Virus record (IMG/VR): IMGVR_UViG_2061766007_002158 | Length of the DNA: 24,186 nucleotides | Direction: 5' to 3' (one strand) | Source of the DNA: an uncultured virus (IMG/VR IMGVR_UViG_2061766007_002158) | Taxonomy: Duplodnaviria > Heunggongvirae > Uroviricota > Caudoviricetes | Shown: one piece after another, positions 16,956 through 24,186 of the stretch | How positions within the stretch are numbered: the first letter of the stretch is position 1 | Layout of the letters: each line of letters begins with the position of its first letter | Translations under genes and position numbers: made by a program | The notes under the pieces: model-generated | The model's database searches: none | The model's input: only the letters and a program-made list of their open reading frames with translations | What the model was told of the DNA's origin: nothing

Positions 16956-17165
16956 CTATATATGCTTCATAATATCGTAAATCATAGCTGTTCCCGAATC
17001 ATTGGTCACATCGATTTTACGTTCTCCGCCGCTCTGAAACACAGCCGTGACGGTTTCTTTTTTCGGCTCTACGGCATAAATCAGATTAACCAGACGCGCA
17101 CCGCCTCTCGTTGCCTGTAATGTTTTCAGCAATAAATCACATATCGCTTGCATATCTTCTTCCAT
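16956..17165 (-). CDS. MDEDMQ-family protein
   Basis: Homologous to 12674-12883. Confidence 0.7.
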   Translation of the reverse strand: MEEDMQAICDLLLKTLQATRGGARLVNLIYAVEPKKETVTAVFQSGGERKIDVTNDSGTAMIYDIMKHI

Positions 17166-17383
17166 TACCGATTGCCACCTCCTCCGCTGCCGCCTTTCTT
17201 ACCCGCGATTTTCAGATTCCAGTCGATAATAGACCAGAAAGATAATATAAAGAGTACGATAAACGTAATGATGTAATGGGTTGTAGTCTCCATTTGCGGC
17301 TTCAGATGCTCACAGATCTGGAAGATTCCGTAGAGCGCAACGCCGATCAGCACCACACGGGAAATGATGGTAAATTTTTCCAT
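17165..17383 (-). CDS. Small two-TM membrane protein
   Basis: Two hydrophobic segments; homologue at 23291-23482. Confidence 0.7.
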   Translation of the reverse strand: MEKFTIISRVVLIGVALYGIFQICEHLKPQMETTTHYIITFIVLFILSFWSIIDWNLKIAGKKGGSGGGGNR

Positions 17384-17387
17384 GCGC

Positions 17388-17648
17388 TCACCGTCTTTCC
17401 ATCGTAGAACGATAGCCCCTGATGCGCCGCTTCTTTGGTTTCCCCATATACGGAAGGGCTAATGTCAGCACAATCAGCGTCACACCTACAATGACCGTGA
17501 TCGGGAACGGAACATACTCGATAATCAGCTCCGCGATCCAGCCGAGTACCCACAAACCGCCCAAAAGTATTACGATTGCCAGTACGACTTCCGCCGCGTA
17601 AATCAGCAGCTCCAGCGCAAGGGATTTGAGGATATCTTTGTCATTCAT
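17388..17648 (-). CDS. Small two-TM membrane protein
   Basis: MNDKDILKSLALELLIYA...; AAGGAG RBS. Confidence 0.7.
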   Translation of the reverse strand: MNDKDILKSLALELLIYAAEVVLAIVILLGGLWVLGWIAELIIEYVPFPITVIVGVTLIVLTLALPYMGKPKKRRIRGYRSTMERR

Positions 17649-17892
17649 TGATGTGTCTCCTTTCGTTCTTCGGGACAAGCTCAATATTAACCAGAATCGG
17701 ATAAGCCGTGCTCCACAGCTTGTCATACTGGAAGCGCCTGATTGCTCCGAGACGGTATGCCATGTACGCTTCGCCGTATATCTCCCACACCTGTGTGTAG
17801 AATTCGTGCTTGATGGCTACTTCGAGCTTGTCCCGAAGTATGTCGTTAATCTGGTTAGCGCTCATGCCCTTTTCAACTTGCTTTATCTTCAT
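17641..17892 (-). CDS. Stand-alone homologue of the C-terminal domain of the 2807 protein
   Basis: DKLEVAIKHE...WEIYGEAYMA...QYDKLW; own GGAGGTGA RBS. Confidence 0.7.
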   Translation of the reverse strand: MKIKQVEKGMSANQINDILRDKLEVAIKHEFYTQVWEIYGEAYMAYRLGAIRRFQYDKLWSTAYPILVNIELVPKNERRHINE

Positions 17893-18116
17893 CGGGCATC
17901 TCACCTCCTTCCTGCTCCGCNNNNNNNNNNAGCCATTTCAACCTTCCCGATAACCCGGTAAATATGCCGGATATCCTTCTCGTTAATTGCGGCCTGAGCA
18001 AGCGCCTTCAATTTCTCATACATAATCGTCATCATCTTCGTTTTCCTCGCTTCCTCCATTCAAATCCTGCGCTGTCAACCACGCAATTAAGCGNNNNNNN
18101 NNNACCTCCTTTCTCG

Positions 18117-18254
18117 TCATCCAGCGTGCCGGATCGCCGGCAGCAGCACGGCGCAAATGCCGCGCCACTCCACATCTGGCACGCTGGATGCGTCCACCTT
18201 GACGTCCTTTTCTGTCCCTTCCCGGATTTCCGGCATAATCACATTGGCTTTCAC
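18117..18254 (-). CDS. Small hypothetical protein (VPDVEWRGICAVLLPAIR family)
   Basis: My translation ...MPEIREGTEKDVKVDASSVPDVEWRGICAVLLPAIRHAG*; longer allele at 18594-18728. Confidence 0.5.
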   Translation of the reverse strand: MKANVIMPEIREGTEKDVKVDASSVPDVEWRGICAVLLPAIRHAG

Positions 18255-18812
18255 TCTGCATCATCCTTTCCCGAAATCATCAATCTCGCCAGATCAAAAA
18301 CGCTTTCAAATTCCGCTCCGACATAAACCTTGTCCATCGCATCCTGATGAANNNNNNNNNNCCCGCGGATGTTGTGCCAGTAATAGTTATACAGTAAATA
18401 GAATTCCTCCACCTCGTCCACCGAAGCCTCGCTGATGTCCTCGTGTCTCCGGCATATTCCCTCGTACTGACTCTGGATGCCGTCGGCAAGTTCAAAAAAC
18501 GACTGCTGAAACTCCGCGTCGTTTTTCAGATTGTGGACGATCTCGCAGCTNNNNNNNNNNGATTTGAGCATACCAACGCGACCTTCCAGAAGATTAATCC
18601 TTGCTTTCAAGGCTGCCTCTTGTAATGCATCCATTGTTGTCGCCTCCTTTCTCATCGTCCAGCCCGTAGAACGCCCGAATCGCCGGCAGCAGCACGGCGC
18701 AAATGCCGCGCCACTCCACATCCGGCACNNNNNNNNNNAATTTGAGCATACCAACGCGACCTTCCAGAAGTTTAACCCTCGCTTTCAGTGCAGCCTCTTC
18801 TATCATATCCAT

Positions 18813-18866
18813 TCTAAAGTCATGACCACCACTTCAAGTGGTGGTTTGAATATGCCCCTATAAGGG
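18813..18866. mobile_element. Probable end of an IS200/IS605-type insertion (rest in gap)
   Basis: Palindrome ACCACCACTT-C-AAGTGGTGGT (18825-18845) plus CCCT-ATA-AGGG, sitting where a phage gene's RBS is expected and abutting the large gap. Confidence 0.5.
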
Positions 18867-19266
18867 NNNNNNNNNNNNNNNNNNNNNNNNNNNNNNNNNN
18901 NNNNNNNNNNNNNNNNNNNNNNNNNNNNNNNNNNNNNNNNNNNNNNNNNNNNNNNNNNNNNNNNNNNNNNNNNNNNNNNNNNNNNNNNNNNNNNNNNNNN
19001 NNNNNNNNNNNNNNNNNNNNNNNNNNNNNNNNNNNNNNNNNNNNNNNNNNNNNNNNNNNNNNNNNNNNNNNNNNNNNNNNNNNNNNNNNNNNNNNNNNNN
19101 NNNNNNNNNNNNNNNNNNNNNNNNNNNNNNNNNNNNNNNNNNNNNNNNNNNNNNNNNNNNNNNNNNNNNNNNNNNNNNNNNNNNNNNNNNNNNNNNNNNN
19201 NNNNNNNNNNNNNNNNNNNNNNNNNNNNNNNNNNNNNNNNNNNNNNNNNNNNNNNNNNNAATATCT

Positions 19267-19863
19267 ATGAAACAGCCATTTTTCTATTTGTCAGATAAAG
19301 AAACGGTAGCCCAGATTCGTCAGGTTTCAGAAAAGTATAGAAAGTTATTTGAATCAATTCAGATTGCTTCAAATGAATATTCTCAAAAATACACAGAATT
19401 ATTTGACAAAGCCAAAGCTGCTGCTGAAGCACATTCACCGTTTCTTACAAAAGAACAGATAGAAACATTGAATACCGCGTATGCTGCTTTGTATAGGATA
19501 ATTCCGAATGTTGATGTTACTTCAAGAGATAAACCCATCAATATTTCCGATACTGCCATATCGGACGTTGTTGATGAAGCTATCCCAATCATAGATGAAA
19601 TGGAGCTTTCCGAATCTCAGCGCAGAGCTGTTGAAGAATACAAAGAATCCAAAACGATGACATTAGAAAACATTCTGATAATAATTCAAACTATAATAAT
19701 GCTTTTGGATTTGCTTTGCACCATAGCCGACAGTTTTGATTCCAGCAACAAGCAGGAAGCGCATCAGACGGTGATTATTGATAATCATTCAGAATACCAT
19801 ATCACGCAGTACAACAATTATTTCACAGACAGTGATAACGCTCAAAGCGATAGCAGCGATTGA
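19267..19863 (+). CDS. AT-rich hypothetical protein with one hydrophobic segment (moron-like)
   Basis: 198-aa ORF opposing the cro operon; 5' context lost in the gap. Confidence 0.7.
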   Translation: MKQPFFYLSDKETVAQIRQVSEKYRKLFESIQIASNEYSQKYTELFDKAKAAAEAHSPFLTKEQIETLNTAYAALYRIIPNVDVTSRDKPINISDTAISDVVDEAIPIIDEMELSESQRRAVEEYKESKTMTLENILIIIQTIIMLLDLLCTIADSFDSSNKQEAHQTVIIDNHSEYHITQYNNYFTDSDNAQSDSSD

Positions 19864-20016
19864 ACTTATATAGCTCGCTTCCGATAGCTGGTACAGAAGA
19901 AGGCAAACCATACCTTTCGTTATTGCGGAGCTGAGACGCTGCTGCTTTATTACTTTTCTCAATCGTCGGGATTCTGCCAAAATCTCGGCGATTGTTTTTT
20001 TCTCTTCCTCGTCCAT
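19789..20016 (-). CDS. Small membrane-associated hypothetical protein
   Basis: GGAGGTGA RBS directly downstream of cro; convergent overlap with 19267-19863. Confidence 0.55.
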   Translation of the reverse strand: MDEEEKKTIAEILAESRRLRKVIKQQRLSSAITKGMVCLLLYQLSEASYISSIAAIALSVITVCEIIVVLRDMVF

Positions 20017-20053
20017 TTTCCCTCACCTCCCTCATCCACCCGGCGGCAGCGGA

Positions 20054-20260
20054 TCACGCCGACTTCTTTTCCTCGGCGAAAATATAGCTCAACTTGAACT
20101 GCGGGAAAATATCCAGAATCATCTTGACTTCGCTGAGAGTGAATTCCGTAATGCCGTTCAGCTTGTTCTGCACTGACTTTTCGGTGCAGCCGAGAATTTT
20201 CGCAAAAGCGACCATAGAAATGTTCTTGTTTTTCAGCTCGCGTCTAAGGTTCTCAAACAT
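20054..20260 (-). CDS. Cro-like HTH repressor
   Basis: MFENLRRELKNKNISMVAFAKILGCTEKSVQNKLNGITEFTLSE; AAGGAGGTGA RBS; divergent from cI. Confidence 0.85.
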   Translation of the reverse strand: MFENLRRELKNKNISMVAFAKILGCTEKSVQNKLNGITEFTLSEVKMILDIFPQFKLSYIFAEEKKSA

Positions 20261-20277
20261 ACAATCACCTCCTTTAG

Positions 20278-20395
20278 ATTCACCGTACCCGGTGAATCTA
20301 TAATCATGATACACCGAGTACGGTAAATTGTCAAGTGTTTTTTTATCGTACACGGTAATTTTTTTCTTGACAATCCGGCAGAAATGCTATATTAT
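20278..20395. promoter_or_regulatory. Lysis/lysogeny switch: divergent promoters and three operators
   Basis: ACCG-N4-CGGT at 20282-93 and 20313-24, ATCG-N4-CGGT at 20345-56; Pcro TTGACA (20334-29)-17-TATCAT; PcI TTGACA (20367-72)-17-TATTAT. Confidence 0.8.
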
Positions 20396-20416
20396 GTATT
20401 TGGGAGGTGAAAACAA

Positions 20417-20824
20417 ATGACTTTTCTGGAAAAACTCGAAATATTGATGGTCAATAACAACCTCAACAAAAGACAACTATCCATCCGAAGCGGTGTCCCG
20501 TATTCAACGATAGATAACCTATGGAAATCAGGTTATGATAACATCAAACTATCGACGCTGAAAAAACTGGCGGCCTATTTTGGCGTAACGCTGGATTTCT
20601 TATGCCGTGACAACATTGAGGACCCTGAGATAAGCGAATCATTTTTGACGGAACGTGAAAAACAGCTGATACGCGCCTACCGAAGCCAGCCGGAGATGCA
20701 GTCGGCAGTAAATAAACTGCTTGGAATCCACGAAAAAACGAGCGGAAACAGTATAGTGGAAGATGAAGCCGCCACACTCAAAGCGGCAAATAAAGCTTTT
20801 ACAGCCGCTACCAAAAGAAAATAA
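20417..20824 (+). CDS. CI-like XRE repressor without a peptidase domain
   Basis: NLNKRQLSIRSGVPYSTIDNL...LKKLAAYFGVTLDFL; EKQLIRAYRS. Confidence 0.88.
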   Translation: MTFLEKLEILMVNNNLNKRQLSIRSGVPYSTIDNLWKSGYDNIKLSTLKKLAAYFGVTLDFLCRDNIEDPEISESFLTEREKQLIRAYRSQPEMQSAVNKLLGIHEKTSGNSIVEDEAATLKAANKAFTAATKRK

Positions 20825-20917
20825 TGGTGATTCTCCCCCTTCCAAACGGCAACTACTGTATTTTCACTACATATTACACATGAAAATAGCCCGTCACAAG
20901 ACGGGCATAGGAGGTAA

Positions 20918-21336
20918 TTGACAATGAAAAAATGTCCTCAGTGCGGCAGCACGAACCTCACCGAGATCGCGCCGAATAACGGCAGGCGGCAATGGCTCTG
21001 CTCAGACTGCGGAAAAGTCAGCAGGAGCGCAAAGACTGAGACACCAAAAAAAGATTACGATCCTAAAAAGGGTCAATGGACAAATCGCCCGGCAATTGAG
21101 GAACAGCCAGACGATGAAGATTTTTCTGACAACGTGAAGAATTGCACGGAAGAAAAAGCAGCGCGAAGCATGTGTGATGCATTGTATAAAATCTGGATTC
21201 TGGTGGGAGTCCTGTTGTGTTCGGCATTGGTAATCACCGGTATGGTCAGCACATCGGAACCAGGAAGTTTCCTCACGTTCATGATTTACGCCGCTGCCGG
21301 AGGTCTTTCCCTGTTGTCCTGCGTGAGCATCGCGGC
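20918..21336 (+). CDS. Zn-ribbon membrane protein of the lysogeny module (3' end in gap)
   Basis: CPQCGS...CSDCG followed by two TM helices. Confidence 0.7.
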
Positions 21337-21346
21337 NNNNNNNNNN

Positions 21347-21823
21347 CGCGAAAGGGGTGTCCAAAATCCTGAATAATGAAAAATACATAGGCGTCTACAC
21401 ATACCTCGACACCGTCCGTATCGAGGACGGCATCCCGCCGCTGATCAGCCGGGAACTGTGGGATAAATGCCAGAAACTCCTCGCCGACCACCGGAAATCA
21501 CCCCGAACCGGCACCGCCACCGCTGTCGGGCGTTACATTCTGACCGGGAAATTTTTCTGCGGGAACTGTGGTCATACGATGGTCGCCGGCACGGGAACCA
21601 GTAAAACCGGCAAACGGTACGGCTATTACCAGTGTTCCGGCAAATGTGGCAGAAAGCGCATGAAGAAAGAGCAGATCGAGCAGTTTGTCATAGATAAATT
21701 GGACGAATTTCTGAACGACGAAAATTTCACCCGCACTCTGACCGAAAAGATTATGGAATATCAATCCTCGGTCTATTCCGACGGGCAAAAGGCGGCAGTC
21801 ACCCGCCTGACCAAGCAAAAGAA
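21347..21823 (+). CDS. Large serine integrase fragment (recombinase/Zn-ribbon region), allele 1
   Basis: ILNNEKYIG, PPLISRELW, LTGKFFCGNCG...YYQC. Confidence 0.85.
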
Positions 21824-21833
21824 NNNNNNNNNN

Positions 21834-22355
21834 CGTGATCTGCTGGAAAATCGATAGATTTGCCCGAAACCGCTACGACAGCGCAACGCATAAAGCCAAA
21901 TTAAAAAAGCACGGCATCCGGCTTTTTTACGCGAAAGAATCCATCCCGGAAGGACCCGAAGGCATCATCCTCGAATCGGTAATGGAAGGTTACGCGGAAT
22001 ATTATTCCGAGAACCTCGCTCAAAACGTCAAACGCGGGAATTATGAATCCGCGCTTGAATGTAAAACGCTGGGTCACATGTGCCTCGGCTATCAGACATC
22101 GCCGGAAGGGAGATATGCCATCAATCCGGAAACCGCCCCGACCATCCGCACCATATTTGAAGAATACGCCCAAGGCACGTCATGCGTCGCCATCGCCGCC
22201 GCTCTGAATGAAAAGGGCATCCACACCCTGACCGGCGGCAGCTTCACGGCAAAAGGACTCGCCAAAATCCTGACCAACGAAAAATACATAGGCGTCTACA
22301 CATACCTCGACACGGTACGCATCGAAGACGGCGTTCCCGCGCTGATCAGCCGGGA
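21834..22355 (+). CDS. Large serine integrase fragment (resolvase-like domain)
   Basis: WKIDRFARN, AEYYSENLAQNVKRG, LGY...INPETA; the catalytic Ser motif is lost in the gap. Confidence 0.88.
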
Positions 22356-22365
22356 NNNNNNNNNN

Positions 22366-23007
22366 TCTCGCCAAAATCCTGAACAATGAAAAATACATAG
22401 GCGTCTACACCTATCTCGACACGGTACGCATCGAAGACGGCGTTCCCGCGCTGATCAGCCGGGAGCTGTGGGATAAATGTCAGAAACTCCTCGCCGATCA
22501 CCGCAAATCACCCCGAACCGGCACGGCAACCGCCGTAGGACGTTACATCCTGACGGGCAAATTCTTCTGCGGCGACTGCGGACATACAATGGTAGCCGGA
22601 ACCGGCACCAGCAAGACAGGCAAACGGTACGGCTACTATCAGTGTTCCGGCAAATGCGGCAGGAAGCGCCTGAAAAAAGAGCAAATTGAGCAATTTGTCA
22701 CGGATAAGCTGGATGAATTTTTAAATGATGATGATTTTATAAAAACCCTGACGAGCAAAATCCTCGAATATCAATCCTCAGTCTATTCCGACGGGCAAAA
22801 AGCGGCAGTCACCCGCCTGACGAAACAGAAAAAGGAAGCGGAAAAGGCAAGGGACAATATATTTAAAGCAATCGAGAACGGCATCTACTCCGAGAGCCTG
22901 AAAGCACGTCTGGACACCATCGAATCAGAAATATCAACCCTGACCGCCCTGATAGCAGAAGCGGAAGCCAACTGTCCCATGCTCACCGAAGACCAGATCA
23001 AACTCTA
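22366..23007 (+). CDS. Large serine integrase fragment (Zn ribbon and coiled coil), allele 2
   Basis: Homologous to 21347-21823 and continues into NIFKAIENG. Confidence 0.85.
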
Positions 23008-23119
23008 NNNNNNNNNNTAGCAGGAAATCACAGATAAACTGCATATCTTCATCCATGATTTATTCCCTCCATGCGTTTTTGCTTTCCCAGTCAATCAGAG
23101 ACAGGAGCGNNNNNNNNNN

Positions 23120-23286
23120 ATCGCCAGTCACCGTGACGATCTGCTTTCCGCCGCTCTGATAGTGGATTGTCACGGTTTCCCGCCCAGGCTCAGCCGCATA
23201 GACCAGCCTGACGACCTTCCACCCGGCGCGTGTACGCTGTAACGCCATCAGCAGGAAATCACAGATAAACTGCATATCTTCGTCCA
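23120..23286 (-). CDS. MDEDMQ-family protein (partial)
   Basis: Homologous to 12674-12883. Confidence 0.65.
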
Positions 23287-23290
23287 TCAA

Positions 23291-23482
23291 TTATTCCCTC
23301 CATGCGTTTTTGCTTTCCCAGTCAATCAGAGACAGGAGCGATAGGACTGCAATAGCGATAAATGCCCCGATAAAACGCTTCTGGCTGCTAATCACTATAT
23401 TAAAATCTTCACAAATGGAAAAAATCCCATAGAACGCCACTGATATAAGGATGATGCGGGATATTATCATAGTTTTGCTCAT
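23291..23482 (-). CDS. Small two-TM membrane protein
   Basis: Homologue of 17165-17383; GGAGGTG RBS. Confidence 0.65.
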   Translation of the reverse strand: MSKTMIISRIILISVAFYGIFSICEDFNIVISSQKRFIGAFIAIAVLSLLSLIDWESKNAWRE

Positions 23483-23495
23483 GCCTGCCACCTCC

Positions 23496-23705
23496 TCACC
23501 GTGAAACGCATCGGAACAGTGACCCGAAGCAAATCGCCATTAACGAGCCAAATGACGCCCAATCCGGAATATGATCGCTTATCAGCTCCACCAGCCAACC
23601 GACCACCCACAGAAAGCCATAAATCCCCACGGCAGCCGCCGCGATAATCAGCGCATAAATCAGCAGATCGCGGATAATGTATTTAAGTACACTCTTGTCA
23701 CTCAT
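23496..23705 (-). CDS. Small membrane protein
   Basis: MSDKSVLKYIIRDLLIYA..., homologous to 17388-17648. Confidence 0.65.
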   Translation of the reverse strand: MSDKSVLKYIIRDLLIYALIIAAAAVGIYGFLWVVGWLVELISDHIPDWASFGSLMAICFGSLFRCVSR

Positions 23706-23920
23706 GTCGNNNNNNNNNNGTCCGGGACGAGTCTGACTCCGGTAATGTACGGGTAGACCCTTTTCCATAGCTTGTCATATTGTTCCTTCGCCAGATGCCC
23801 GAGCATCCGCGCCGCGTAAATCTCGCCGTAGATTTCCCATATNNNNNNNNNNGGCCGCCGCAATAATCAGGGCATAACTCAGCAGATCGCGGATAATGTA
23901 TTTAAGTACACTCTTGTCAC

Positions 23921-24186
23921 TCATGTCGAAACGCTCCTTTCACCTTCCGGCACGAGCCGCACTCCGGTAATGTAGGGATAGAGCCTGTGCCACAGCTTGT
24001 CGTATTGTTCTTTTGCGAGATGCCCGAGCATCCGCGCCGCGTAAATCTCGCCGTAGATTTCCCATATCAAGGGGTATTCCTCGTTAGCTATCGCGCCCTC
24101 GAGCTTGTCCATGAAGACGCGACCGAGGTTCTTAGAACTCATCATCTTGTTTATTTTCATGCTTTTCATAGCCTTCTTGGTCTGCC
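23921..24186 (-). CDS. 3' part of another allele of the 2807 protein
   Basis: MKSMKINKMM...WEIYGEIYAARML... Confidence 0.7.
   Translation of the reverse strand, partial: QTKKAMKSMKINKMMSSKNLGRVFMDKLEGAIANEEYPLIWEIYGEIYAARMLGHLAKEQYDKLWHRLYPYITGVRLVPEGERSVST

Larger units (their letters stand above)
1..24186. mobile_element. Collapsed/mosaic assembly of several related temperate prophages (early, replication, lysogeny and start of packaging modules)
   Basis: Serine integrase, cI/cro pair, VRR-NUC, HNH and PcfJ/PcfK-like genes; the same small genes recur in 2-5 diverged copies separated by N gaps; no host housekeeping genes seen. Confidence 0.9.

Noticed and set aside
20824..20916. 30-aa ORF overlapping the cI stop (TAATG) and hairpin GCCCGTC-ACAA-GACGGGC
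   Set aside because: Only one copy, no U-tract and no comparative support; cannot be called.

Overview
A heavily gapped scaffold (dozens of ~10-N joins and one ~390-N gap) that stitches together fragments of at least 3-4 related but non-identical temperate tailed prophages, probably from a Firmicutes/Clostridia-type host (strong AGGAGG ribosome sites, consensus sigma-A promoters). Order and strand across N runs are unreliable. The recoverable gene set is a phage early/replication region: large serine integrase fragments, a cI/cro switch with three operators, many small early genes (one DUF2829/Tad2-like), a rolling-circle HUH-type Rep, PcfK-like and PcfJ-like proteins, DUF3102, VRR-NUC, a late regulator, an HNH nuclease and a probable cos region. 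Because several alleles are present, they act as a built-in alignment. The most notable signal is a plasmid-like control module upstream of rep, seen three times: a ~70-80 nt counter-transcribed RNA (consensus promoter, variable-loop hairpin, terminator), a compensatorily varying inverted repeat, and an invariant 31-bp segment resembling a rolling-circle nick site. All family assignments are by eye, without database searches.
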